Positions 49,351 to 62,960 are shown, numbered from the stretch's first letter. The stretch is DNA of 64,000 bases from Camelus dromedarius (GCF_036321535.1 NC_087437.1:59646001-59710000), one strand, 5' to 3'. The notes: generated by a model not told the origin, from the sequence alone. Translations and numbers: made by a program.

Positions 49351-51045
49351 CACTTTTAAAATATATGTAAGTAGGTTATCCATTTCCCTCTAAGGACCAC
49401 TTTAAGTGTATCCCACATACTTAATAGTAATTATTATTCAATTTCAAATATTTTAATAATTTTAATATTATTTCTTTCTTGATTGATGGGTTATTTGTAA
49501 GTTGGTTTTTAAATAACCAAATAAAATTGGGATATTGATTACATATAATTTTTACTTATATTATGGTTAGGGAATAAAGACTCTAGATATTAAATCTTAG
49601 ATGAGTTTTTGGAGATTTATTTATGACCTAAAGAGAGTTCAATTTTTACAAATGTTTTAACATATTTTTAGAGACTATTATATTGTAAATGTAGTCTCTA
49701 AAATGTTGGGTGCATGGTTTACATATATCCCATTTGATTAAACTTATTAGTTACATTAGCCAAATCTTCTCCATTCCTAGTATTTTTAATAGTTAATACA
49801 TTCTCATGGTTAAAAATAAAAATAACAAAAATACATACATTGAAAAGTTCCACTCCCACCCAAGTCTCATCTACACATCTGTACTCCAGTCCTCAATAGT
49901 TACACATTTTTTTGCATGTTCTTTCCACACCAACACAAATACATAAAGATAAGGATATAAATTCTTATTTTCACCCTCTTCCTTAAATAAAAGGTAGCAA
50001 TTATATAGACTTTCTTTCTTCAGTTAACATATCTAGAAATCTTTTTACATCAGTACAGAAAGAGCTTCATTATTTTTTGCAGCTGCATAGCTCTCTTTGG
50101 GTAGATGCAGCAAAGTTTATTTAACCTGTTCTCTAAAGAAGGACATAGGTTGTTTCCAGTTTTTTGTTTGTTTTTTTTTTTTTTACAAATAATACTACCA
50201 CAAATAACCCTATCCATATGTCATTTTTATGTGTGTGAGCTCTCTATTAATTTTAGACACACTTGTATTCTTTATCTGTCTGTTATCCCAGTTTGCTGGA
50301 ACTCTAGTCATTCTGTCCATCCTGTCTTCAGACTCTTGTGCACGGTGGACATTCCCTCATCATTGGTGTGGCTTGTGTTCTGTAAAACTCCTTTCATCCC
50401 AGATGATGGAATAGTCCCTCCAGAGTGTTGCTGTATTTACTTCTCCAGGCAAATCAAAAGTATCAGCAACCTGGGACCCACTTTTTAATGTTTAATGTAA
50501 AAACTTTAATGGTTTTTGGCTTGGGAGTTTCCTAGACTTCTGGGTAGTATAAATTCAAAGTTAAATCTGTGTGAGACACAGGTTCTGAGTTTTGATTTCT
50601 CAGGGGAGAATTTTTCACACTGAGCCCAAGGAGAGGCAGACATGCTTTCCTGTTACTTTGCTGAGCCTATGGACAGGTTTCTTTCCAGTCTATACTTGAG
50701 GGTGTGGCCTTCCTAGAATGCCAGCTCTAAGCAGGGGTCTCATTCTAACTCCCTGCCTTATACGGTCCAAGGTCTCATTTCCTGCCCTATGTGGACATGG
50801 AAGCCTAAGCGCCCAGGTTCCTGAAACTGACAACCACGTGACCACCACACCTACCTCCACACCAGTCATGCCCACAGCTACCCGCCTTCCCCCCAGGAGG
50901 CAGCAGCAGCAGCTCATTCTCTTTCGCTACAGCTTTCATTCCCCTCTTCATTTCTGGTGCCTGGTGATTTTCCTTTCCTGTTCGCACACTTGGATATCCA
51001 TTTACAATAATTTTTGTTCTATTTTATCCAGGTGTTTGTGACAGA
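49350..51045 (-). mobile_element. Mosaic of old L1 (L1ME/L1MC) fragments
   Basis: AT-rich, T-biased decayed L1 motifs (TTTCCCTCTAAGGACCACTTTAAGTGTATCCCACA; GGACATAGGTTGTTTCCAGTTTT). Confidence 0.6.
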
Positions 51046-53225
51046 AGAATTTGTGTTTATCCACTTGTTTTCCTACAGTCCATCTTCTCCCTGGACTTTG
51101 CAGTGATTCACATGAACACCATTTACAGTCCATCTACCACAGGACCTGTTTGGTAAACACAGGTTAACTATTCCATAGAAAAATCATACAGATAGTCAGA
51201 CCGCAAGGGCTAAATTTCAGTTGCCATTATAGTACTCCTTTTCAGGCTAGGATTCTGGTAAATCCTTTTCTCTTTCCATTTTGCTATATGGTTCTCCTTC
51301 TATTGGGCTTAACGAATCATTTAAGTTACAGATTTTTAATTAAAACCTTTAATATCCATCTTGTAAACACCCAGGGATGGTGTAAATAAACAGATTCTCA
51401 TTTTAATCCCACTATTTTCAGATGGAACATGAGGTCAGGAGTATTTAACCGACCTACTTGTCACTATCTTGGAGGGGTGATATTAACCAGAAGTAAAGAG
51501 CCCTTTCTGACTTCCCACATACATAGTGGTGATTGGAGTTTTGATTAATATTTCTACCCTTTTGTTCTTTACCACTAGGCACTATGAAGCTATTTATCAA
51601 TGTCAGTTTATTGTCTACAAATAGAATGATAATCTGCACTTTCTTTGATTTTAGAACATTTTCCCTCTACGTCTCCCCTGACATGTAAGACTTATGTAAT
51701 GTTGATATTTCCCTAATCTACCAATGCTTGACTTGAGAGGGGACTCAAGCAATATTTCTTATGTCACAGAGTAGCATAAAGCCCCACTCTGCAGAAAGTA
51801 TTTTAGTATGTTTTGGCAGATGATTTACATTGAAAGATGCTACAAACTGACTAGAAGGTAGAAGGAGACTTCCTGGGGCAAAGATCTCCAGATTGGGGCT
51901 GGAGGTCATGTTGGCAAGCCGATGCCTCCCATTTCTCCTGAAAATATATCCACTGCTGGTCATTGAATGGATTGTTGTGGAAGTGGTTGGGGTGAGAATC
52001 AATAAAACTAGAGTAGAATTGCAAAGTATTTCATGGTTCTGTGGTTAATATAATAAGCCTTGTTCAAAAGGTTACTCTTTCCTTTGATCTAGGCCAGGAA
52101 TATATAGCTCTGTCCCAATAAGAAGCAAGCATCATAATGTTGGCACAGTCTTCATTTTCTCTGTATTATGCCAGGACATATACCCAGTACTTGGATGGCG
52201 GTCTTGTCATCAGTCTGAGATTTGTGGTTCCTTTAGAGCTAGAACCACCCAGGACATCTCCTCTCTCACCTGCTGTCTCCTTTGCAAAGCTGCTTCCAAG
52301 ATATAAGAACTAAATCAAATTCTCTAAAGAGAATAAAACTTGGATAACCCAGAGTCAGCAAGGGAAATGCTGAGTTTAGGTGCAGAAAATTCCAAATGTC
52401 ACCAGCAAACATAAAGAATATATATCAAAATGATACTTCATTTCCAGCCATTCCATCATGCCTGCTCAAGAGAGATGAATACTGTGCTAACTTATCAGTC
52501 AGCACCATGGTACATCTGCTCCATCATAATTATCCTATACTTAGGAGAGCTGACCTGGAATGAGAGTGCAAGAATCGCATAATCTATTCTAAGTGCACAG
52601 CATTTTCAATTCCATTCCCTCGGGGAAGCTGAAAGGCAGGTCACTATAATTTGCATAGGCTGGAAGTAATTTGATTTTGTTAAGTTACTTACAATACTTA
52701 GAATTATAGAATCATAAAATCTCAAGGTTGACAGAGAACGTAAAGGTTATTTAGCCCATCCAATTCAGGGATCTTCTTCACAATATCCTTACCAGTTGGT
52801 TGTACAAGCTCAGCTTCAATAGCTTCAGCGATGGGGAGCTGGCCTTTCCACCAGGAAAGCTAATGGGACTGTCCCTTCCCCACTATGAGGAGGCAGAGAG
52901 TTCCCAGGGAAGGTCACAGCTGTTCAAAAACCAGGTTTTCTACAAATTCTTGCTGAGCCACTGTAGCAGGCACCTCCATTTCCTCATCACCCTGTGACTC
53001 ACCTCTTGGGAGTTCCCCAAACCTTTCCCCTTTGGCTCAAATCCTGTCCCACCACTCCTTCCCACCTCTCTGCAGGCATCCTCATGTCTACATGTATTGA
53101 GGAAATAAAGACTATCAGACCAAAACTGTTAGCCTCCTTCCTTCCACTCTCTCATTGCTCATCTTTTCCTTCCCCCTGTGCTAAAGGAAGAAGTATCTCT
53201 CTTCTCAACCCAGGGTGAGCCTTCC

Positions 53226-53440
53226 TCTTACTGTGCCAGGGTCGGAGTTTATAGCAAGAGTGTGTCTCAGTCTTTCCTACCAGCTTTGATGAGGGTATTT
53301 TCTCATTCACCCAATGCTCAGGAGTTGCCGCGGTTGCTTCTGGATTTCTTTCAGAAGGAGTTGTTCCATGTGCAGCTGTAGATTCAGTGTGTCCATGGGA
53401 AGAAGTGAGTTCAGGAGCCTCCTATGCTGCCATCTTGAAC
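53226..53440 (-). mobile_element. L1/HAL1-type 5' UTR start fragment with YY1 site
   Basis: The minus strand begins GTTCAAGATGGCAGCATAGGAGG; CAAGATGGC is the YY1 motif typical of L1 5' ends. Confidence 0.6.
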
Positions 53441-53649
53441 ATTATAAACCTTCTGCACTTGCTGGAAATCACAGAAGCTGTCACATATTAAACTTGAATG
53501 GCCAGGCAGGTCCTTTCTTTCCTGTAGGTCCAACTTCTCCCCACTTCTGGGTCATTCTCCTCAACCTATAAGTATGTTCAGGCCTTTCCTATACTTAAAA
53601 ATAGCCCCTCTTCCGCCTGCTACTCTTCTCATTCCTCTTGCCTCATCCT

Positions 53650-53880
53650 TGTATTAGTTAAGGCAGGCTAGGTTGTGCAGCTGTAACAAACTCCCCAAGT
53701 CTAACATAACAAAGGTTTGGTTTATTTTTCCTCACTCAGGCAATGTCCACTACAGGTCAAAGTGACTTTTCAGAGCAAATGTCTTCCACGCAGGGATGCA
53801 GAAAAGCAAGCTTCTTTAATCTTGTGTCTCCCCCTTCTTAGCACAAGGCCTCCTCCACTTGCTGCAACAGAAGTGAAAAC
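53650..53880 (-). mobile_element. MaLR LTR fragment (old MLT1)
   Basis: TGTATTAGTTAAGG...GCTGTAACAAAC...AACAAAGGTTTGGTTTATTTTTCCTCAC. Confidence 0.65.
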
Positions 53881-54443
53881 CCCTTTCTAACTCCAAGAAG
53901 GTAAGGAAAGTTACAAGGAGAAAGTAACTGAAAATTCACTAGGTTTTCACCACCTTCACCAACTTCCTTGACTACAGGTTCAATGTCTGTTGTCTCTACT
54001 TCTTTGCTTCTGAGTTATACCTTAACTCCTGAAAACGGCTTCTGCCCCACACCCTCTAGCGAAAATGCTTGCCCTCCTAATGACCAATAATTGCCTTGGC
54101 TTTTCCTACTTGGGTCACAGGGATTCAGCTTCGTGTAGAATCCCCTTTGCTGAGCTGTGCTTTAATGTCTGACTCTGGGCTTTTCTTGACAGTCATAAGA
54201 AGTAGCCAGGATTAATTGTCTATATTTACTATGGAGATATTTTGAAGAATAAGTCTAACATATGCCCTCATTTTCCTTATATAAACACTAGGTGAAAAAT
54301 AATTTTAGAATTTAGTGCTGGCAAGAGTGACTTCTCTCCTAAGAAAATCTGTTTGCATCATTTATATAACATTTCATTTTTTTATACTGGCTGCTGAGAA
54401 GCTTAGAACCAAACCATTTGATCCATTATAGTACTAATATTTA

Positions 54444-56345
54444 TAAAGACATCCAAATCAGAGCGGAAGAAGTAAAATTGTCTTTGCAGGTGATATAATC
54501 TTAGAAAGAGAAAATCCTAAAGATTCCATCAGAAAACTGTTAGAATGAATCAATGAATTCTGTAAAGTTTCAGGATACAAAGTCAACATACAGAAATCAG
54601 TTTCATTTATAACACTAACAATGAAACATCTGAAAAAGAAAAAGAAAGAAAGAAAGCAATCTCATTCACAATTGCATCAAAAACAATGAAGTGCTTAGGA
54701 ATAAATTTAACCAAGGAGGTGAAAGATCTGTACACTAACAGCTGTAAGACTGATGGAAGAAATCGAAGACAAAAACAAACGGAAAGATATCTCATGTTCA
54801 TGGGTCAGGAGAATTAATATTGCTAATATTAATTAATATAGTAATCAAAACAGTATGGTACTAGAATAAAAATAGACACATAAACCAATGGAACATAATA
54901 GAAAGCCCAGAAATAAACCCTAACATATGCAATCAACTAATATTTGAAAAGTAGCCAAGAATATCTGATAGGGAAAGGATGGTCTCTTCAGTAAGTTGTG
55001 TTGGGAAAACTGGCTAACCACATACATACAGAAGAATAAAACTGGACCCCTATCTAACACCATTCACAAAAATTAACTCGAAATGGATTAAAGGCTTAAA
55101 CATAAGAGCTAAAAACATAAAACTCCTAGAAGAAAACATAGAGGAAAAGTTCCTTGACGTTAGTCTTGGCAATGATTTTTTGGATATGACACCAAAAGCG
55201 CAGGGGAAAAAAAGCAAAAATAAGTAAGTGGGACTACATCAAGCTAAAAATCTTCTGACAGCAAAAGAAACAGTCAACAAAATGAAAAGGTAAACCTATG
55301 GAGTGGGAGAAAATATTTGTAAATCATATATCTGATAAGGGGTTGATATCCAAAATATACAAAGAATTCATACAACTTAATAGGAAATAAACAATCTAAT
55401 TAAAAATGGGCAGAAGAACGGAATAGAAATTTTTCCAAAGAAGACATACAAATGGCCAATAGGTCCATGAAAGGTGCTCAATCATCGGGGAAATGCAAAT
55501 CAAAACCACAATGAGATATCACCTGTCACTTGTTAAAATTACTGTCATCAAAAATATAAGAGGTAACAAGTGTTGGCAAAGATGTAGAGAAATGAAGACA
55601 GCTGAGCACTGTTGATTGAAACACAAATGGTACGGCCACTATGGAAAACAGTATGCAGGGTCCTCAAAAAATTACAAATAGAACTAGCATTTGATCCAGC
55701 AATCCCACTTCTGGGTATATATCCAAAGGAAGTGAAAACATTATCTCAAATAGATAACTGCACTCCCATGTTCATTGCAGCATTATTCACAATAGATAAG
55801 ATATAGAAACAACCTAAATGTCCATCAGCAGATGAACGGCTAAAAGAAGTGTGCTGTGTACATACGCAGTAGAATATTAGCCACAAGAAAGGAAATCCTG
55901 CCACTTGGGACAACATGGGTGAAACTTGAGGGCATCATGCTAAGTGAAATAAGCCAAAGACAAGTACTCTAAAATGTCACATATAAAGGCCAAACTCGGA
56001 AACAGAGTAGCGTTACCAGTGGCTGAGCTGTGGCGGGAAAGGGGGAGATGCTGATCAAAGGCTACAGATTTCCAGTCATAAGATAAATAAGTTCTGGGGA
56101 GCTAACGTACAACATAGTGATTATAGCTAACAATACTGTATTATGTACTTGAAAGCTGCTGAGAGAGTAGATCTTAAATGTTCTCACCACAAAAAAAAGC
56201 AATAGTAATTATGGGACATTATAGAGGTGTTAGCTCAAGCTATGGTAGTAATCATTTTGCAATAAATGTGTATCAAATTAACATGCTGGTACATCTTCAA
56301 TTTACACAATGTTATGTCAGTTAAATCTCAACAAAGCTGGAGGTA
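54444..56345 (+). mobile_element. 5'-truncated L1MA9-like LINE with internal deletion
   Basis: Runs from the ORF2 RT region (IQI..EEVKL) through WIK.LN and [14 protein letters not shown] to a 3' UTR ending ATCTCAACAAAGCTGG; degenerate TSD TACTAATATTTA (54432-54443) / TACTAATACTTA (56348-56359). Confidence 0.92.
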
Positions 56346-56879
56346 AATACTAATACTTACTATTTTAGCTTCCTTCCTTCCTGTTTCCTCAAACTTACTT
56401 TTCTCTACTTATCTCTCCAGCCTATTTGAAAGATATCTTTTCTGGTGAGCTCTCAAATTTACTTTTTCAAGTTTTGAAGGTATAAAAATATTAAAAAGCC
56501 TTTTCTGACCAGAGTGGAGAATCTGTCTGTAGTGTTCTTAACTCTTCAGCAGAGCTGGAAGGTCCCACAGGGTCCAACTAAGCTACAATCAATCACACTC
56601 CTGTTAGAGAAGGCAGGAGAATGAGCCCCAGGCAGCAGCAATCCTCAGCTGTTGTCTGAACCTTCCAGATTCCCCTGCCCGAGCCCCAAGGCAGACACAG
56701 GAGGTTCTGAAGAGGGAACAAGTCCTGGAGCTGCTGGGTCTGCACTGCAGCGTCCGTCTCTCCCAGGAGCACAAGCCTGGGGAAAGTCACTGCATTCAGA
56801 GAATGAGCAGGAGAGGAATCCGAAAGTCAGAGGAGAGAACTCTGTCTAAGGAGCCGAGGTGATGATCAAAATTTGGGAG

Positions 56880-57560
56880 TCAGGGTGATGATGTCTTTGT
56901 AGAATTAAATGGGATATTTTTCTAAACTCTGGGATAAATGGCATGTGAATTGAGCTTTAAAGTTTCAACAGAACTCACCCATGGAGCTGCTCCTTGAAAT
57001 CTGCCTGGCTCTTCTGATTCTTCACTTTTTCTATAAATACTCTTTGTTTATTTCCCAAAGACTTTCTAATCTGTCAGCAAATACAATGAACAATGTTCTC
57101 TTTCACCTGAAAACAATGTTGTTTGCTCATGTGGTTTTATTCCCTTTCCCAAGTCTAATGTTAGATATAAGCCTTCCCTTATTTTCTTGGTTAACTCTAT
57201 TGGAGATTTGCCTATTTTATTATTTTTATAAAGTGAGCACTTGGGTTGTGTATTAATTCTACTGTTTTCCAGTTTATTGATTTCTGCATTTGTTCTTGCT
57301 GCTCTCAAGTCTTTTGGGGAGTAGAGGAAGATTAGTCTCCCAGCTTGAAGGTGGGGTCCATTTATTTTTATTATTTTTTGTTAAATGTTATTACCAATTA
57401 ATACTATAAAATGTCCTCTAAATACAGGTTCTGTTGCATCCCTTGGGTTTGATATGTAGTTTCTTGTTTTTATGGTTTTACTTTACAAATGATTGATTTT
57501 CTAGCTATATTGCCTCGTTACTAGAAAATGTGGCCTCCAGGGTTTTCACGTTTTCAAGTG
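56880..57560 (-). mobile_element. Old L1 fragment
   Basis: T-rich decayed ORF2 (minus-strand ORF 57066..57308 RTNAEINKLEN...KIGK..ELTKK). Confidence 0.6.
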
Positions 57561-58104
57561 TATGGTGTACTTCCTAAAGATTCAGTGTGGTAGGCAGCTT
57601 CTGACTTGGCTCCCAGTGATCCCTGCCTCCTGGTGTTCATGCTCTTGTATAATCCCCTCTTCTGGAGTGTGAACTATGCCTAGTGACTTGCTTCTAATGA
57701 ATAGGAAAAGTGATGTGATGTCACTTTCAAGTTAAGTTTGTAAAAGATTGTGACTCTCATTATCCCTCTCCCTCACCTTCTCTCTCTCTCTCTCTCATTT
57801 GCTCAACTCATGAAAGCCAGATGACATGTTGTGAGGCCCATAGTGCAAAAAAATGAAGACAGCCTCTGGCCAACAGCCAGTGAGAAACTGAATACCACCA
57901 ATAGCTGTATGAATAAGCTTGGAAATGGATCCTTCCCTAGTTAAGACTTCGGATGAGACCACAGCTTCAGCCAAGACCTTGACTGCAGCCTTGTGAGTGA
58001 CTCTGAGACAGCAGGTTCAGCTAAACTGCACCCAGATTAGTGGCCCTCAGAAAATGTGATAATACGTTTTGTTTTAATCCCCTAAATCTTGGGAGTAATT
58101 TCTT

Positions 58105-59438
58105 TTCTTTTTTCTTTTTTTTTAACTTTTTAAAAAATTGGGTTATAGTCATTTTACAATGTTGTGTCAAATTCCAGTGTAGAGCACAATTTTTCAGTTA
58201 TACATGAACATACATATATTCATTGTCACATTTTTTTTTTTGCTGTGAGCTACCACAAGGTCTTGTATATATTTCCCTGTGCTATACAATATAATCTTGT
58301 TTATCTCTTCTACATTTTGAAATCCCAGTCTGTCCCTTCCCACTCCCCAACCCCTTGGCAACCACAAATTTGTATTCTATGTCTGTGAGTCTGTTTCTGT
58401 TTTGTATTTATGGTTTTGTTTTTTTTTTAGATTCCACATATGAACGATCTCATATGGTATTTTTCTTTCTCTTTCTGGCTTACTTCACTTAGGATGACAT
58501 TCTCCAAGAACATCCATGTTGCTGCAAATGGCGTTATGTTGTCAGTTTTTATGGCTGAATAGTATTCCATTGTATAAATATACCACCTCTTCTTTATCCA
58601 GTCATCTGTTGATGGACATTTAGGCTGTTTTGATGTCTTGGCTATTGTAAATAGTGCTTTTATGAACATTGGGGTGCAGGTGTCATTTTGAAGTAGGGTT
58701 CCTTCTGGATATATGCCCAGGAGCAGGGTTCCTGGGACATATGGTAAGTTTATTCCTAGTCTTTGAGGAATCTCCATACTGTTTTCTACAGTGGCTGCAC
58801 CAAACTGCATTCCCACCAGCAGTGTAGGAGGCTTTCTCCACAGCCTCTCCAGCATTTGTCATTTGTGGATTTTTGAATGATGGCCATTCTGACTGGTGTG
58901 AGGTAATACCTCATTGTAGTTTTAATTTGCATTTCTCTGATAATTAGTGATATTGAGCATTTTTTCATGTGCCTATTGATCATTTGTGTTTCTTCCTTGG
59001 AGAATTGCTTGTTTAGGTCTTCTGCCCATTTTTGGATTGGGTTGTTTGTTTTTTTCTTATTAAGCCATATGAGCTGCTTATATATTCTGGAGATCAAGCC
59101 TTTGTCGGTTTCATTTGCAAAAATTTTCTCCCATTCCATAAGTTGTTGTTTTGTTTTACTTATGATTTCCTTTGCTGTGCAGAAGCTTATAAATTTCATT
59201 AGGTCCTATTTGTTTATTCTTGCTTTTATTTCTATTGCTTGGGTAGACTGTCCTAGGAGAACATTTTTGAGATGTATGTCAGATAATGTTTTGCCTATAT
59301 TTTCTTCTAGGAGGTTTATTGTATCTTGTCTTATGTTTAAGTCTTTGATCCATTTTAAGTTGATTTTTGTGTATAGTGTAAGGGAGTGTTCTAGCTTCAT
59401 TGATTTACATGCTGCTGTCCAGTTTTCCCAACACCATG
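58105..59438 (-). mobile_element. Young 5'-truncated camelid-type L1 (ORF2 C-terminus, 3' UTR, poly-A) with 14-bp TSD
   Basis: ORF2 peptides [72 protein letters not shown] at 58091-58104 and 59439-59452. Confidence 0.97.
58427..59438 (-). pseudogene. Disrupted L1 ORF2p C-terminal coding remnant
   Basis: Three ORF pieces (59206..59466, 58786..59199, 58427..58855) separated by an in-frame stop and frameshifts; 5'-truncated. Confidence 0.9.
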
Positions 59439-59999
59439 GGGAGTAATTTCTTACACAGAAATACATAGCTAGCTAATATATTTACATTGATCAGTGTATG
59501 TATATTTCATCTTTTTTTTTCTTTGAAGAAATATGTATTCTCTGGTTGTTCAATATACATATATTAGATAAAGTATATTCATTTTTTACAAGTTTTGCTC
59601 TCAGCATTTGACCTCAATGACTGCTCCTCCTTGGGAGTTCCCTTGATACCGCTCTGCTGTTCTGCCTTTTCTGTGGTAAAAGTGATCTAATCCAGGCCAA
59701 ATGTAGCCTTCCCCAGAATTTCTCTGCAAAATTTGTAAGTAAAGGGAAAAAAATGAAGTTTCTATTGGAGTTGATAGAGTTTCTGATGGTAATCTTGCAC
59801 ACAGAGAGGTGGTAAGAAAATAAAGCCAAGCATAGGAGGGCAGAGAGATAAGTTACTGGGGCCTGAGGACACTGCTCAAGCCCCTGGATGAAGCCATGCC
59901 TGCATTCCTTAGACTTCCCAGATCCACACCTAAATGGACTTTTCCCCTAAACTAATTCAAACTGGACTTTCTCAACTAGAAGTCTTATTTAATATCACT

Positions 60000-60940
60000 C
60001 CCAGTATTTTCTCTAATCTCAGCATTTTTCTGGAGTTTCCCACATTTCCAATTTCATACTGATTATATCTACCTGGATTCCTTCACACACTAAAACACAT
60101 CCAAAAAGTCATCTTTTCTGTCAAACCTACTCATTTCTTTAGGACCTCTGTTCCCTTTATAGGTGACACCAACCTCTGAGTTACTTAAATTTAAAACCCC
60201 AAATTTCCTTCAATCTGTCTCCTCCTTTCTTCGTATTCTGTTGTTACCAAATCTGTCATGCCCTAGTCATAGCACCCACCTGGGCCAGACCTTCCTCTCC
60301 TCCCACCTAGACTATATCAGGAGCCTCCTCTCTGGTCTCTTTGACTCCCATCTCATGTCCTTGCAACTCACCCTGCATGGGTGACCAGGTGACTTTTCCT
60401 AAATTTCAGCTCTGGTTATGTCATTCCACTGACCAAAACCTTCCCTGGCTTCTCACTGCCCACAGGATAGACCTGGCATTAGTAGCCCTCTAGTCGTCTG
60501 GGAGCTGAGACTTACTGAGCACCTCCTGCTGCCAGACCTGGCCTAAGAACCTCTGCCTACCTCACCTATCTAGTCTTCCTAAAACCCTAAGAGGCTCTAC
60601 CTTTGTGTCCATTTTACAGAAGGTAAATAACTCCCGAGGTCATAGAGCTGGTAAATAGTATGGTGTTTGACCTGATTTTGACTCACTGCACCATACTGTA
60701 CCACATAACATACCCCTATAGATATACCTCCTTAGCTGTCACTTTACTAAAGATGACATTTCAGTAAGACTATTGTGTGACTCTCCCCAGTTCCTTCCTC
60801 CAGCTTCCCACCTGCGTGTCTTTGTTCATGCAGTCCCCTTGCCCAGGACATTCTGGCCCATCATCACCATCCTTCAAGAACCAGCTGATGCCTCTTCTTC
60901 CAGGAAGCATTCCCTGAATGTCCCAGTTAAAGTAAACTCT
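60000..60940 (+). mobile_element. L2 fragments with a nested antisense MIR (about 60505-60700)
   Basis: TCCCACCTAGACTATATCAGGAGCCTCCTCTCTGGTCTC; TTTGTTCATGCAGTCCCCTTGCCCAGGAC; MIR part CCATTTTACAGAAG...GAGGTCATAGAGCTGGTAAATAG. Confidence 0.7.
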
Positions 60941-60949
60941 TCCCTCCAT

Positions 60950-62960
60950 GAAATATATTATTTAATTAAAAAAACATTCTGAAGAAGTAATTCATGACAA
61001 AGTATTAAATACGAAGTGTATAGGACAATTTGGAGTAAAACAGAATAGTCTTTGCATCCTATTAACCAGTTTCCCTTCCTAGAGGCAATCAGTCTTAACA
61101 GTTTCTGAAATACCATTTTATAAATAGTCTATGCATTTATAAGCAAACACATGTTCTTCTCCCCTGCTTTTTTATTTTACCAATAACATAGCAATGTAAC
61201 CTACTGTATACGTTGTTTGGAATGTGGCTTCTTTCACTTCATTTATTGGCAATTGTTCCATGTTAGATACATAAAGCTGCCTCATGTCTATCTGTCCGTC
61301 TGTCTGTCTCTCTCCTATAGTGAGAAAGAACTGTACTATCTATCCCATCCATCCATCTACCCATCTGTCTTTTGAATTGAATTGGACTTTATTCATATAC
61401 ATTTCAAGCTCCTTGAGGATGGTAGTAGTTCTTTCACTTCTTTGACAGCACAGCTCCTGACCTGGAGGGTCCACAGGTTGTGGGGTTTTCTTCATTATTT
61501 TCCTTTTAGATGAGCTTCAGATTTACAGAAAGGTTGAAAAGAGTGCAGAGTTCTCGTATACCCTTCCTTCATGCCTTTTTAACACCTGATAATATTTCTC
61601 ATATGGATGTTCCACAGTTTATTAAACCAACCCCCTACTGATAGTTATTTAGATTATTTAGGTCATTTACAACCATTTACGATGACAAAATGTTGTGATC
61701 AAACATGAGTCATCTTATACATGTGCAGGTATACCTGGAACATAAATTCATAAATGTGGATTTGTGAGATCAAAGGGTTGTGTAATTTTTTGCAGGATGT
61801 TGCTAGTGTTCTTCAGGAAAGTTGTACACACTTACACCCCCAGTAGTAAGAGTGTGACAGAGCCTGTTCCTTCCCACCCTCACTACCTCCCCAGTTATCC
61901 AGCTTTCTTATTTTTTCCAGTCTGACAGGCAGAGATTGTAGGTCATTGTAGTTTAATTTTCACTTCATTCTTATAAGTGAAGTTGAACATCTTTTCATTT
62001 GTTTAAAAACTACTTGTATTTTCTCTTCTGTGACATGTCTATTCATATCCTTTGCCCATTTTCTATTGGTCTTTTTCTTATGGCTTTGTAAGGGGTTCTT
62101 AAATATAAAAGGCTTTTATTTGTGGTGTAGTTTGCAATATATGTCAGGCTTTGTTTATGGTATTTCTTTCCATACTGAAATTTTTAAAAAATTATGTACT
62201 TATATGTATTAGTTTCTTATAGATTCTGGGTTTGCAGTTACACTGAGAAAGAACCTTTCATGGTCTCCTATAATATTTTTATAATTAAATGTTTGACCCA
62301 TTTGGAATTTATTTTGATGCAGAATATGAGGTGTAGATCCAAGTTAATTTTTCCAGACAGCTAATGATTGTACCAATTCTATTAAATAATTCATATTTTT
62401 ATCACTTATTTGAAATGCCTTTAATGTGTTAGTGTATCCTTTTGGGATTTCTTTGCATTGATAATCAAAAGTGAAATTGGTTTGCAGTTTTCCTGCATGC
62501 TGTTTTGGGTTTTGGTATTAGTGCTATGTGTCATAAAAAGAATTTTCCTATGCTCTGGGATAACAACTAGTATTATTGTTAAATATCCTTTTAGATTTTC
62601 ATGGAATTCTGTGAAGCCACCTGAGTCTCCTGATATTTTTGGTAGCTGTTGGACAATATTTTCTCTCTGTTCTTTATTAATTTTTCTGCTTACATGATCT
62701 GTCTATTTGGGGATAAATTTGGGGAATTTATATTCACTTATAAAATTATCTGTTTCATCCAGATTTTCAAAATAATTTGTATAGGGTGGAGCAAAGTAAC
62801 ATCATACAAGCCTCTTAGTCTGGATCTAAGAATATTACTCTCTTATTGAGGAATAAATAAATAAATACAGTAAATATTAGTGAATCTTTAGATTAGGCAA
62901 ATGATAAAATTAATAAATCTGAGAGCTGCTTCTTTGAGGTAAAAAAGATGAACCATTAGC
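60950..62960 (-). mobile_element. Old L1 (L1ME-type) fragments with an internal (TCTG)/(CATC) simple repeat
   Basis: GTCATTGTAGTTTAATTTTCACTTC...GTTGAACATCTTTTCAT...TTCATATCCTTTGCCCATTTTCTATTGG. Confidence 0.7.

Larger units (their letters stand above)
57586..59480 (+). mobile_element. MLT1E-like MaLR LTR split by a young L1
   Basis: TGTGGTAGGCAGC...ATAATCCCCTC...CCTAGTGACTTGCTTCTAATGAATAG; the LTR 3' end resumes at 59453 (ACACAGAAATA...CTAATATA). Confidence 0.85.

Noticed and set aside
52499..52516. REST-like TCAGCACCATGGTACA, and other half-sites near 6175 and 13095
   Set aside because: The right half-site GGACAG is disrupted or absent.
58967..59446. 159-aa hydrophobic + strand ORF, and similar ones at 15455, 20761 and 50105
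   Set aside because: Antisense translations of L1 sequence, a common source of spurious membrane-protein-like ORFs.
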